A program made the translations under genes and the position numbers. Positions 1 through 9,940 of a stretch of DNA of 64,000 nt are shown here, in pieces. Every line of letters starts with the position of its first letter. The first letter of the stretch is position 1. Source of the DNA: Cyanobacteria bacterium auto_48_18. Its GTDB lineage: Bacteria; Cyanobacteriota; Vampirovibrionia; Obscuribacterales; Obscuribacteraceae. The notes under the pieces are model-generated. The model was given only the letters and a program-made list of their open reading frames with translations, was not told the origin of the DNA and did not search any database. Where the stretch lies: the NCBI GenBank assembly GCA_036170915.1, contig JAVHQC010000034.1:32001-96000 (forward strand). Direction: 5' to 3'.

Positions 1-402
1 TTTGGCATTGGCAGTGCTGAGCTTTTCATGCAAAGCTTCTATTTCTATGTCGCCATTTAAAGCACCCATACGGGCTGCTGCGCTATTGGCTTTTGACTTG
101 CCGATATCTTCTTTTGTGTAAATCACCTGACGTTGCAAATTTGATAAATCTACGTTGTCGTCGTCAATAATGCCAATGGTGCCCACACCTGCTGCGGCTA
201 GATAGAGCGCTATGGGTGAGCCCAATCCACCAGCGCCAACTATGAGTATTTTGCTCTGTTTCAGTTTCAGTTGCCCGGCGCTACCCACTTCAGGCAATAG
301 CAGATGCCGATTGTAGCGAGCCAGCTCCGATGGCGAAAAGTCGCCGGTGCGGTCTTGGCCTAGCTCTGGCACTTGGTCTGAATCTAGCTCAGGCTCTGGC
401 AT
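1..402 (-). CDS. moeB: MoeB/ThiF-family E1-like adenylyltransferase (5' part; continues beyond window edge)
   Basis: Not in the ORF track. Hand translation from ATG at 402: MPEPELD...RYNRHLLLPEVGSAGQLKLKQSKILIVGAGGLGSPIALYLAAAGVGTIGIIDDDNVDLSNLQRQ, with the GAGGLG and DxDxVDxSNLQRQ motifs. Confidence 0.93.
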   Translation of the reverse strand, partial: MPEPELDSDQVPELGQDRTGDFSPSELARYNRHLLLPEVGSAGQLKLKQSKILIVGAGGLGSPIALYLAAAGVGTIGIIDDDNVDLSNLQRQVIYTKEDIGKSKANSAAARMGALNGDIEIEALHEKLSTANAK

Positions 403-663
403 TTAGCCCCCGCTCAGGGCGCAGGTAATATGCACAATGTCATTGATGGCTAACGTGGTATCCAGTGTTTTCACTTCTTCTTTGTTGACGAATATTTTGA
501 TATGTTGGCGTATGTGATCTTGTTCGTCTATTATGCGAAACTTCATTCCCGGAAATTCTTGGTCGAGCTTTTGCGTTAGTGCCAGAAGTGATGGTGCCTC
601 CGTATCTAAGCTGCGTTGGCCCCTGGTATACGAGAGTAGTGGCCCGGGAATATGAACCATCAT
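403..663 (-). CDS. moaD: MoaD/ThiS-family ubiquitin-like sulfur carrier
   Basis: 86 aa, beta-grasp-like pattern (IKIFVN...LDTTL..NDIVHI), C-terminal ALSGG, abuts moeB. Confidence 0.85.
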   Translation of the reverse strand: MMVHIPGPLLSYTRGQRSLDTEAPSLLALTQKLDQEFPGMKFRIIDEQDHIRQHIKIFVNKEEVKTLDTTLAINDIVHITCALSGG

Positions 664-665
664 AT

Positions 666-1805
666 TTACTCGCTCTCCTGCGTGGTGAGAGAATAAATTT
701 CAGGCAAATATCGTACGATACAGCTCCAATTTTGACCCTCATCCAGGCTGGCCCAGACTTCACCAGATGTGGTGCCAAAGTAGAGACCGACTTTTTCGCA
801 TGAGTCAGCGGTCATGCACTGGCGCTTCACCGTAAAATAACCGTGCTCTTTGGGCAGGCCGCTATCTAAGCGCTTCCAGCTGTTGCCACTGTCTTCGGTG
901 CCATAAACTGCCGGTTTGCCGTCAGGGCTGGTGCGTGGCCACACCGTTGTGCCATCCATCGGAAATACCCAGACGCGGCTGGCATCTCGGGGGTGGGGCA
1001 CCATCGGAAAACCAATGTCTCCCACTTCTTTGGGCATGTTGTTGCCAATGCGAATCCAGTCGCTCGATGGTCTGTCCATGCGATAAATGCCGCAGTGGTT
1101 TTGTTGATACAGTTTGTCTGGGTCGCCAGGATGCTGTATTAAACAATGCGGGTCGTGCCCGTATTCTACAGTCTCGTCCGGAATCCAGTCGGCTTCAATT
1201 TTACGGTTTAATGGTTTCCAGGTGTTGCCTTTGTCATTACTTTCGAAGGTACCACCAACCGAAATCGAGGCGTACATGTGGGCGCTGTCGCGAGGGTCGA
1301 CGATGATTGAGTGCAGTGGCTGTCCGCCTGGTGTCTCGCCTGATGCAGACCATTTGTCGTAGTCGGCAGCATCATTGAAGCCTGAAACGGGCTCCCAGGT
1401 GGCGCCGTCGTCTTCAGAGCGAAAGAGCCCAGGTGGAGAGGTGCCCGCGTACCAGGTTGATTTTTCTGTCTCGTGGCCGGGAGTGACCCAGAAGACCTGG
1501 CCGACGGCACGTCCTTTTTGGCCTTCAGCTACCTTAGGAAAGGCTGGTGGTGAGCTGGCTTCTACCCAGGTAGTGCCGCCGTCTAAGCTGCGAAATACTG
1601 TGGGGCCTAAGTGCCCGGTTTTGGCTGCCATTAGCAGCACGCTGCTGTTGCGCGGGTCGGCTACTACATGGTGAATAATGTGGCCAAGAAAATGCGGGCC
1701 CTCGAGCTGCCAGCTTTTGCCGTTGTCGTTGGTGTGGAGATAAAAGGCGCCTTTGCGTGTGCCAACTAAGAGTCGTGGCCTTGCTGCGGCAATCTTGGCT
1801 ACCAT
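666..1805 (-). CDS. BNR/Asp-box repeat beta-propeller protein (sialidase/YVTN-like)
   Basis: Repeated S-x-D-x-G-x-T/S-W Asp-boxes (SLDGGTTW, SEDDGATW, SNDKGNTW, TEDSGNSW, SLDEGQNW); LLVGTRKGAF N-terminus. Start placed at ATG 1805 (track starts at 1841). Confidence 0.85.
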   Translation of the reverse strand: MVAKIAAARPRLLVGTRKGAFYLHTNDNGKSWQLEGPHFLGHIIHHVVADPRNSSVLLMAAKTGHLGPTVFRSLDGGTTWVEASSPPAFPKVAEGQKGRAVGQVFWVTPGHETEKSTWYAGTSPPGLFRSEDDGATWEPVSGFNDAADYDKWSASGETPGGQPLHSIIVDPRDSAHMYASISVGGTFESNDKGNTWKPLNRKIEADWIPDETVEYGHDPHCLIQHPGDPDKLYQQNHCGIYRMDRPSSDWIRIGNNMPKEVGDIGFPMVPHPRDASRVWVFPMDGTTVWPRTSPDGKPAVYGTEDSGNSWKRLDSGLPKEHGYFTVKRQCMTADSCEKVGLYFGTTSGEVWASLDEGQNWSCIVRYLPEIYSLTTQESE

Positions 1806-1876
1806 TATCAACCCTCTAATTTTCCAGCATAATGATATCAAATGATAAACTAGGCCGTCTTCGCGCAGGTTATGAA

Positions 1877-2833
1877 ATGCGGCTTTTTTCCTGCAAAATC
1901 CACAAAAGCCAGGCTCATTTAATACTTGCCCTGCTGTTTGTCGCAGCTATGTATTCGACTGGCACAGTCAACGCTTTTAAAACTTACACTTTTGCTGGTG
2001 GAGCCATTCATGAGAATATTACCCGCACGGCGCTGGTGAGCGGCGGTGCAAAGATTAGCAAGCCGAGTTTTACCGTTATAAATAAGGGCAATTATAGCCA
2101 GGATGCTCTAGGCTCACCCGAATTTTTGAACGACAGTCACCATTTTGATAACTGCAAAATCAAAGAGAGTTTGGCTTATGTAGAAAGTTGCTACAGCGAG
2201 ATCAGGCATCATTTATGCCTTGCCGGCAAGAACAAGACAGACCAGCTTTTCGTTTTGCGCAAATTTGGGCAATTGTTGCATCCATTGCAAGATTTCTATT
2301 CTCATTCAAATTATGTGGAATTACAGCTGGCGAAGAGAAGTAATTTGCAGCCTGCTCAGCTGCCTTTAGTTGATTGGAAGGCCATACCACCAGTGGTGCA
2401 AACAGGCTTTTTCTATTTCAAAGACAATACCAGTAACGAAGTTTTTATGGGAGCCAATCCATTTACAGCTAGCAATCCTAGCCGCGATCTGGTCACGCCG
2501 CTGCTGGTTAAATGTGGCTTTTGTCGTCCTGGCACCAGATATGCCACCAGCGCTGAGTATGCGCTAATTAAAACTTTTGATCAGCGACTTAAATATGTCT
2601 GCAATGCAAAACTTTCTTTAATGCATCGCGACGTCAACAAAGACAATGATGCTACTGAAGAAGGCAAAATTATCAACCCCAGCACTGGCACTACGTTATT
2701 TGCTTACGCCGAGAATCTTGCTGTTCGTGAAACTGCCAGGCAATGGCAGCGGTTGGAGAACGAAGTAAAAGGCCAGTGCTCACCGGTGGAAGCGCCAAGA
2801 ATTATCAAAGCCTTGCGGGCGGGTTTTAACTAA
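1877..2833 (+). CDS. Secreted HET-C/VWA7 N-terminal-like protein (zinc-dependent phospholipase C/P1 nuclease-like fold)
   Basis: Signal-peptide-like N-terminus; motifs HENIT, HHFDNC, GQLLHPLQDFYSHSNYVEL, H..VNKD. Start placed at ATG 1877 (uncertain). Confidence 0.7.
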   Translation: MRLFSCKIHKSQAHLILALLFVAAMYSTGTVNAFKTYTFAGGAIHENITRTALVSGGAKISKPSFTVINKGNYSQDALGSPEFLNDSHHFDNCKIKESLAYVESCYSEIRHHLCLAGKNKTDQLFVLRKFGQLLHPLQDFYSHSNYVELQLAKRSNLQPAQLPLVDWKAIPPVVQTGFFYFKDNTSNEVFMGANPFTASNPSRDLVTPLLVKCGFCRPGTRYATSAEYALIKTFDQRLKYVCNAKLSLMHRDVNKDNDATEEGKIINPSTGTTLFAYAENLAVRETARQWQRLENEVKGQCSPVEAPRIIKALRAGFN

Positions 2834-2858
2834 CATGGATTAGAGCTTACCGAATTGC

Positions 2859-5186
2859 TCACTCTTTTGTTGTCGGAGACGCTGGATACTCAAAGCGGTC
2901 GAGAAGGCCGGCGTCTTTCTCATGGTCTGGCTTCATAACTGGCGGTCTCAGCGTCTTTAGTTGTTTGAATTTGCGCAATACTTTCATATAGTCGGTGTCT
3001 AATTTGCAATTATCATAGAATTTGAGCACGCGTAATTGTTTGGCCGGCAAAAATTGCTCCAACTCGCTGTTGTGGATAGTCAAACTGGCCAGCTCAAGCA
3101 TTCTTAGATGTTCTAATTTGGCGATGGTGGCCCATTGTTTTTTAGAGAGCGTAAATTCATACATAAAAAGGTCTCGTACCTGGTTGCCTTTTTGCCAGGC
3201 TTGCAGAATTGGTTCGATACTGGCTGGGCCAGCTATGCTGACAGAAGTCCACTGAGGCAAATATTTACATTTTGCCACTAGTGTGTAATCGGTGTCAGAG
3301 CCAAACTTAATTGACTTTAGATTTGGTAGATCATCTAGATAGTGAACGTCACCCGGTAACATCGGAGTATCGCGGAGGCTTAAATCGACAAGTGATGTTA
3401 ATTTAGATACGTAAGGCAGTAGGTCTTCGCTCAGGCCATCAACTGTCCAGAAGTCCAGGCCTTGCAGATCGTCTTTTCGAAAATGAGCGAGCAAATGTGG
3501 TCGGCTGGCAAACTCGCTACTGGCCTTAAGGTTAATTGCGCTATCCGCCGGTACATCGCAAAGGCCCTGGGCTTTCAATTTTATCTCTTTGCCGCGTTCG
3601 AAGTACGAAATTGTTCCCAGGCTAAAATCCTCAGGAAATTCAAATCGTTTGACCCGGCGCCCATCTATGCTAATCAGCCTTGAATAATATTGTGGTTTCT
3701 TTTGAACCTCTGCTGGAGGCTGTGCTGGCGCTTTGGGTGCTGAGAAATAACTCCAGGCAAATGCTGCCACACCTGCTAACAACAAAGTAACAATACCGGC
3801 CACCAGAAGTGGTGCGCCGGTATTATCAGAATTGGAACGTGAGTGAGAATTAGACTTTTTAGAAGATGGTTTAGACCCATTCGCAAGAGCCGCTTTTCTG
3901 GCTGCTACCGGTGCATAGTCGGCAACACTCTTGCCCTCTTTGATACGTTGTAAATCAAGGGCCATTTCTTTGGCCGATTGATAACGCTCACGGGGCAGTT
4001 TGGCCAGGCACTTACCAATAACAATATCGAAGCCGTCAGGAAATTTTGTGCTGGTAACTTCAGACAGAAGTGGTGGCTCTTGCTCTTCGTGCATCATGGC
4101 AATTTCTAAAGACGAATCGGCCTCAAAGGGCACAAAACCAGTAAGCGTCTCAAATAGCGAGCAACCTACCGAATAAATATCTGAGCGCAAATCTATTTCA
4201 CCACCAGTGCATTGCTCTGGGCTCATGTAATAAGGGCTGCCAAAAATCTCTCCCACCTGGGTTAGTTTCTGCCCTTCATCAATTTTGAGCAACTTAGAAA
4301 TACCGAAATCGAGAATTTTAACTGAGGCAGCACTGATGGTGGCACCATGGCAAATGAAAATGTTGGCCGGCTTGATGTCGCGGTGCACAATACCATTGCG
4401 GTGGGCATATGCCAGGCCGTCTAATACTGCCAGAAATACTTCGATTGACTCTTTAACTGTCAGAGGTCCATCGTCAAACAAAATTTGCTCTAAATTGCGA
4501 CCTTGCAAATAATCCATGGAGTAGTAAAAAACAGACTTTTCATGAATGCCGAGATCGTACACGTTGACAAGATTGGGGTGATTTAAAGCGGCCAATATTT
4601 TCGCTTCTGTTTGAAAGCGTTGCCAGTACGTGGCGCTTATCAGACTCGGTTCAAGAATTTTCAAGGCGAACTGGCGCCGCAAAGAAAGGTGTTCGGCTAG
4701 GTAAATTACACCCATGGCGCCAGCACCGATTTCTTTTTCTATCTTAAATGTGCCACCAATAATAGTGCCTGGGCCGATGACAATATTGCCATTGGCAGTG
4801 GGCAGCATTGGTTTAAATGTTTGGGTTAATGGTCGCTTCTGTCGAGTACGCTCACCTGAGCGCGTGCGGCTCTTGCCCGTACCACTTGTACCCGTACTAT
4901 TTTTGCCGCCGCGGGAACGAGCAAATTTTGGCTCCAGGCACTGGCAACGCAGTTCTTTAAATAAATAAGCGGTAAACGAGCCAACTTTTTGATCCACCGG
5001 GCACGATTTTCCGCAATTAAGGCAAATGCGATTGTCGCTTTGTTTTGTATCGCTGGTATTGCCGACAGCATTACCAGCGCCGTTCTTGTGGCATTGACAA
5101 TATTTTTCTTGAAAGAAATAAGACGTGAGCGAACCAGCTCTGGTAGAGGCTTGTGATTTTCCGCAGGTTCGGCAAATTACACTCAT
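2859..5186 (-). CDS. Receptor-like Ser/Thr kinase (2x Cys4 repeat - kinase - TM - LRR), array copy 7 of 7 in transcription order
   Basis: GAGAMG, ALK, HRDIKPAN, DFG, GSPYYMSPE; TM LLVAGIVTLLLAGVAAFAWSYF; C-terminal LRRs. ATG at 5186 matches paralog N-termini better than the track's TTG at 5210. Confidence 0.93.
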   Translation of the reverse strand: MSVICRTCGKSQASTRAGSLTSYFFQEKYCQCHKNGAGNAVGNTSDTKQSDNRICLNCGKSCPVDQKVGSFTAYLFKELRCQCLEPKFARSRGGKNSTGTSGTGKSRTRSGERTRQKRPLTQTFKPMLPTANGNIVIGPGTIIGGTFKIEKEIGAGAMGVIYLAEHLSLRRQFALKILEPSLISATYWQRFQTEAKILAALNHPNLVNVYDLGIHEKSVFYYSMDYLQGRNLEQILFDDGPLTVKESIEVFLAVLDGLAYAHRNGIVHRDIKPANIFICHGATISAASVKILDFGISKLLKIDEGQKLTQVGEIFGSPYYMSPEQCTGGEIDLRSDIYSVGCSLFETLTGFVPFEADSSLEIAMMHEEQEPPLLSEVTSTKFPDGFDIVIGKCLAKLPRERYQSAKEMALDLQRIKEGKSVADYAPVAARKAALANGSKPSSKKSNSHSRSNSDNTGAPLLVAGIVTLLLAGVAAFAWSYFSAPKAPAQPPAEVQKKPQYYSRLISIDGRRVKRFEFPEDFSLGTISYFERGKEIKLKAQGLCDVPADSAINLKASSEFASRPHLLAHFRKDDLQGLDFWTVDGLSEDLLPYVSKLTSLVDLSLRDTPMLPGDVHYLDDLPNLKSIKFGSDTDYTLVAKCKYLPQWTSVSIAGPASIEPILQAWQKGNQVRDLFMYEFTLSKKQWATIAKLEHLRMLELASLTIHNSELEQFLPAKQLRVLKFYDNCKLDTDYMKVLRKFKQLKTLRPPVMKPDHEKDAGLLDRFEYPASPTTKE

Positions 5187-5199
5187 GTCTATGAACTCT

Positions 5200-7536
5200 T
5201 CATGAATCAATACTCTTTAGTTTTGGCAGCGCTTTTTTTAGTTCTTCTACATCGCTTTCATTCAAAAGATCTGGAGGCAATATTAGATCAGTCAGATTCT
5301 TGAATAGCTTCAGCTCTTTCAGGCAGGTTCTATCTAGGTTTAACGCGGTGCGGATGGTTAAATGGGTGAGATTTTTTAGGGCTGATAATTGGTGCAAATC
5401 ATCGCTGTCGAGAGGAACACTACGGAAACTCAAACTTCTCAAATTTTCCCATTTTGATATGGTTGCAATGTCGGCTTTTGGCAGTTTCATATAACCAAGC
5501 CCCAATACGATTAAATCATGATTATTGCTCAGCTTGTCTAAAATTGGAGTGATGTTGCCCACGTGCCTCAAACTTATGGCCTCTATGCGTCTTATGGTTT
5601 GGCTTTCTGCTAAAGGAACAATTGCACTCTGGAGCGGATCTATTTTAAGACTGCGCAAATGCACAAGCTCGTCTAAATATTTGACACTATCAGCTGTAAA
5701 TTCTGTGTCGGTCATTTCCAGGGTTATAAGCGATTTCAGTCTGGCGACGTAGGGCATTATGGTATCGCTATTGGGCTCTACAGTTGGCAGCTCCAGGTGT
5801 GTGAGATCGTTTGGTGCAAAATAAGAAAGCAGTTGAGGATGCCCTGAGACATTGGCGTTGGCATATAGATTGAGCTCTTGATTGGCTGATAGATTTACTT
5901 GCCCTGTGGCCTGTATTCCGTTAATTGTGCCAAGAGAAAAGGCTATGGGGAAATAGAATATTTTGTTCAGTTTTTCGTCTGTACGCAATTTGGCTGCATA
6001 ATTTTGAGGATGGCTGGCGAGAAATTTCTTTATCTCAGTAGCTTCTGGCCCGTCTATTTCTGAGAAAATCGATAGAGATTTGTTCCCGATGTCCTTCAAA
6101 ACCCCAGATCGCTCTTGTGTATAGGGCGTGTGTATTTTAGGAGCTGAAGGTGCAGGCCCTCGGTTCAAGCTGAACCAGAAAATGCCTGCGGACGCCGAGC
6201 TCATTAGCACCACAAATAGACCGACTAAAACTACAGGAAAATTCGTAGCTTCATTTTTGGCGTCATGGAGATCTTCTTTTGTCACTATGGGTGGTGCCAT
6301 TACTGCCTTGTCGTCTCTTGCCCGCTCAAGGTCAAGAGCCAGTTCTTTAGCCGACTGGTAGCGGTCGCGCGGTAATTTTGCCAGACATTTAGCAATAATC
6401 TGCTCAAAGGAAGGTAAATCAAGATCGCTAACATCTAAAAGTAGGGGCGGCTCCTTTTCTTGATGCATCAGTCCAGTATCAACAGACGACTTACCGTCAA
6501 AAGGCACACAGCCGGTGAGCGTCTCAAACATAGAGCAACCCACCGAATAGATGTCCGACCGCAAGTCAACAGTGCTGCCCATGCACTGTTCGGGGCTCAT
6601 ATAGTATGGGCTGCCAAAAATCTCTCCGGCGGCAGTCAGCTGTTGATTGTCGTGGGTAAGCTTCGAGATGCCGAAATCAAGAATTTTTACTTGCTCATTA
6701 TCGCTGCCGGCTTTCGCGCAAAGGAAAATATTGGCGGGTTTAATGTCACGGTGTACGATACCGTTGCGATGCGCGTAGGCCAGTCCATCAAGCACTTGCA
6801 GGAATATATCAATGGTGTGCTCTGGTGATAGTGGGCCTTCTCTCACTAGCCGATCTTCTAAATTTTCACCCTGCAAATAGTCCATTGAGTAATAAAAAAT
6901 AGAATTCTGGTGAATGCCCAGATCATATACATTGACTAAATTTGGATGTTTAAGGGCCGCCAGGGTTTTTGCTTCAGATTGAAAACGTAGCCAATAGGTG
7001 TCGCTCACTAAATTAGGAGCGAGAATTTTCAAAGCGAATTTGCGATGCAAAGCCAGGTGCTCTGCCAGGTAGACAACCCCCATACCGCCTTCACCAATTA
7101 GAGACTCAATTTTAAACGTGCCACCAATAACAGTGCCAATGCCTATAGCTTCGGCGCTGCCTGAATTTTCTAGTTGCTCTCTGACATTGTGGGCTAATTT
7201 TCGCCTGATTGTGTTTCTGGCGCTTGTGGTGCTGTGAGAGTTTTTGCCTCTGTGCGACTGAGCAAACTTTGGCGAAGTGCATTGGCAGCGCAATTCTTTA
7301 AAAAGAAAAGCTGTGAAAGATCCGGCTTTGCGATCTCGCGGCCGCGACTTGCCACATTTGAGGCAAATTTGGTTATTTTCTGCCAGGCCCGATTGACGGT
7401 TTCTATTGGGCGCATCTTTGACGTTATTATTGCACTGACAAAAGTTGTGTTGAAAAAAATAGCCTGTTATAGACCCGGCCCTACCGGTCGCCGGAGGCTT
7501 ACCGCAGCTTTGACAAAGTGTAGGCTGGTCGTTCAT
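5200..7536 (-). CDS. Receptor-like Ser/Thr kinase (2x Cys4 repeat - kinase - TM - LRR), copy 6
   Basis: GEGGMG, HRDIKPAN, DFG, SPE; TM VVLVGLFVVLMSSASAGIFWF; LRRs such as LKNLTHLTI, FKNLTDLIL. Confidence 0.93.
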   Translation of the reverse strand: MNDQPTLCQSCGKPPATGRAGSITGYFFQHNFCQCNNNVKDAPNRNRQSGLAENNQICLKCGKSRPRDRKAGSFTAFLFKELRCQCTSPKFAQSHRGKNSHSTTSARNTIRRKLAHNVREQLENSGSAEAIGIGTVIGGTFKIESLIGEGGMGVVYLAEHLALHRKFALKILAPNLVSDTYWLRFQSEAKTLAALKHPNLVNVYDLGIHQNSIFYYSMDYLQGENLEDRLVREGPLSPEHTIDIFLQVLDGLAYAHRNGIVHRDIKPANIFLCAKAGSDNEQVKILDFGISKLTHDNQQLTAAGEIFGSPYYMSPEQCMGSTVDLRSDIYSVGCSMFETLTGCVPFDGKSSVDTGLMHQEKEPPLLLDVSDLDLPSFEQIIAKCLAKLPRDRYQSAKELALDLERARDDKAVMAPPIVTKEDLHDAKNEATNFPVVLVGLFVVLMSSASAGIFWFSLNRGPAPSAPKIHTPYTQERSGVLKDIGNKSLSIFSEIDGPEATEIKKFLASHPQNYAAKLRTDEKLNKIFYFPIAFSLGTINGIQATGQVNLSANQELNLYANANVSGHPQLLSYFAPNDLTHLELPTVEPNSDTIMPYVARLKSLITLEMTDTEFTADSVKYLDELVHLRSLKIDPLQSAIVPLAESQTIRRIEAISLRHVGNITPILDKLSNNHDLIVLGLGYMKLPKADIATISKWENLRSLSFRSVPLDSDDLHQLSALKNLTHLTIRTALNLDRTCLKELKLFKNLTDLILPPDLLNESDVEELKKALPKLKSIDS

Positions 7537-7566
7537 GGGCGGAAGGCTATTTTCCTTTTGTCATGC

Positions 7567-9933
7567 CTAGTCTATCCTTTTTAAACGCGGGAGTGCGCCA
7601 TAAAGTTCTTTTTCATACGCATCTTCTACAAGCTGATCTGGCAACACCAGCCTTTGCAATTTGGAGAATTTTTTGATGCTTACAAGGCAGCCGGCATCAA
7701 GGTTTGTATTGCGAGCTATGTTTAACAGGTCCAGGTCTTTTAGGGTCGTCAATTTTTCCAGATCGTCATTGGTGATCAGCGTGCTTGTTATGCTCAGCTT
7801 TTTCAAGTTGTGCATCCCGGCTAGCTTGACAATGTCTGCTCGGTTGAACTGACAACCTTGAAGCGAAAGCTCGATTAAATCGGGGCATTTAGCCAATTTG
7901 TCCAATATAGGTGAAATGCTCTGGTTGCTGTTAATTTCCAGCCTCTGCAGCTGTTGCCAAATTTTTGATTTGGCGATGGCCTCAGGGTCCATGGTCCAGG
8001 CGATGATCATGAGCCTTCTTAAACTCTGCATACGATCCAGGTAGACCACGTCATCAGGTAGAAAAATCATTTCGCTGATGCGCAGATGGGTCAGAGAAGT
8101 AAATTTAGCTAGACGGGGCAAGAAGTCGCTGGATTTCTTACCCGCAGCTCGAAGTTCAATGCTTATCAGATCATCGTTTTGAAAATAATCAAGCAATTGT
8201 GGATGTTCGCCCACGCTAATGCTGGCCATTAACGCCACTGACTTTTCTGGTGGAATTATGCATTTACCTAGAGCAGGTGTTTCAGGAGTACCTGATGGAT
8301 AAAAAGTTAAAGCACCAAGTGAAAAGTCACGAGGAAAGTAGAAGGCGCGCTCTATCTTGCCATTGACGATGCTCTCTTTTTTATAATTTGCTGGTTTACT
8401 TTGCAGGAAAGCTTCTACTTTGGCGCTGTCCGGATCGCTATCGATGTCTTTTTCGGTATTTTCCAGCGCTTTGGCATTGAGAACTGCTGCGTCATCTAAA
8501 TCTTTGCCAAGAGAATTTGACCCTTTTAGGGGTGTAGCTATTTCGCTTGTGGTATTGATAAATATAAAATAGGCAATACCAGCTGCCAGAGCTACCGATA
8601 TGGTTGAAATTGTAATTAATGCAACCGGAATCGAGTTTTTCACTAGCTTTTCAGCGCCGCCGCTGTCGTCTTCAAGCCTTGCAGTTGAGGGCAAAGCGGC
8701 AATGCTTTTACCGGCTTTGATGCGTTGGAGATCCAGAGCCAGTTCTCTTGCTGATTGATAGCGGTCGGCGGGCAATTTAGCCAGGCATTTATCAATGACA
8801 ATTTCAATTGCTTCTGGAATTTGCTTTTTGCTTACTTGCGAAATCAGTGGTGGCAATTCTTCTTCATGAAGCAAGCCAATTTCAAGGGCAGACCCACCAT
8901 CAAAAGGCACATAGCCACTGAGAGTTTCGAACATAGAACAGCCTACAGAATAAATATCAGATCGCGCGTCCACCGCTTTACCCGTGCATTGCTCGGGGCT
9001 CATGTAGTATGGGCTACCAAATACTTCACCGGCGGCGGTGAGAGTTTGAGCTTCACTGCCAACGGTAACTGATTTGGAAATGCCAAAATCTAGAATCTTT
9101 ACCTCGAGTGCGCTGGCGTTGTTTGAGCAAATGAAAATATTTGCTGGTTTAATATCCCGGTGAATAATGCCATGCCTATGGGCATAGGAGAGGCCATCGA
9201 GTACCAGGAGGAATATGTCAATTGTATAACTCAGGCTTTGGGCGCCCTCTTCTGCCAATATTTCCTCGAGATTACTTCCTTGAAGATAATCCATCGAATA
9301 GTAAAAAACAGATTTTTCGTGAATGCCCAGATCGTAAACATTTACCAGGCTCGAATGGTTTAGCGCAGCAAGCGTCTTAGCTTCAGATTGAAAACGTAGC
9401 CAGTATTGCTCACTAAGGCCTGGCGAAAGTATTTTCAAGGCAAATTTTTGCTGCATGGCCAGGTGCTGGGCCAGATATACAACCCCCATGCCACCTTCGC
9501 CTATGATCTTTTCGATTTTGAAAGTGCCACCAATGACAGTGCCGGGCCCAATGGCTGTTTGTGTACCAGCATTTTCTAGCTGGGCCGCAACGCTTCTGGC
9601 CAGGCGTCGGCGTTTAGTGTAACGTTCTGAAGAACTGGTGCTGCTAAATTTTCTATTCTGGGATGTGGTGGCAAATCGTGGTGTCACGCAGTGGCAGCGG
9701 AGCTCTTTAAAGAGAAAGGCTGTAAAAGAGCCGGCTTTTCTCTCATGGGGCCGTGACTTGCTGCAATTGAGGCAGACTTGCTGGCGACCACCTAAATTAG
9801 AAGTTTGCTTTAAGTCAGAGTGCTCATTCTTTTCATGGCATCGGCAATAATTATGCTGAAAAAAGTATGACGTAATTGAACCGGCTCTGCTGCTTGGTTC
9901 TGGTTTACCGCAATTTGGACAATTGTTAGGCAT
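7567..9933 (-). CDS. Receptor-like Ser/Thr kinase (2x Cys4 repeat - kinase - TM - LRR), copy 5
   Basis: GEGGMG, HRDIKPAN, DFG, SPE; TM VALITISTISVALAAGIAYFIFI; LRRs. Confidence 0.93.
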   Translation of the reverse strand: MPNNCPNCGKPEPSSRAGSITSYFFQHNYCRCHEKNEHSDLKQTSNLGGRQQVCLNCSKSRPHERKAGSFTAFLFKELRCHCVTPRFATTSQNRKFSSTSSSERYTKRRRLARSVAAQLENAGTQTAIGPGTVIGGTFKIEKIIGEGGMGVVYLAQHLAMQQKFALKILSPGLSEQYWLRFQSEAKTLAALNHSSLVNVYDLGIHEKSVFYYSMDYLQGSNLEEILAEEGAQSLSYTIDIFLLVLDGLSYAHRHGIIHRDIKPANIFICSNNASALEVKILDFGISKSVTVGSEAQTLTAAGEVFGSPYYMSPEQCTGKAVDARSDIYSVGCSMFETLSGYVPFDGGSALEIGLLHEEELPPLISQVSKKQIPEAIEIVIDKCLAKLPADRYQSARELALDLQRIKAGKSIAALPSTARLEDDSGGAEKLVKNSIPVALITISTISVALAAGIAYFIFINTTSEIATPLKGSNSLGKDLDDAAVLNAKALENTEKDIDSDPDSAKVEAFLQSKPANYKKESIVNGKIERAFYFPRDFSLGALTFYPSGTPETPALGKCIIPPEKSVALMASISVGEHPQLLDYFQNDDLISIELRAAGKKSSDFLPRLAKFTSLTHLRISEMIFLPDDVVYLDRMQSLRRLMIIAWTMDPEAIAKSKIWQQLQRLEINSNQSISPILDKLAKCPDLIELSLQGCQFNRADIVKLAGMHNLKKLSITSTLITNDDLEKLTTLKDLDLLNIARNTNLDAGCLVSIKKFSKLQRLVLPDQLVEDAYEKELYGALPRLKRID
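9838..9913. repeat. 76-bp near-identical segment, copy A (other copy 12194-12269)
   Basis: Manual alignment: 73/76 identical with 12194-12269; encodes the first Cys4 repeat of kinase copy 5. Confidence 0.85.
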
Positions 9934-9940
9934 AATGGTT

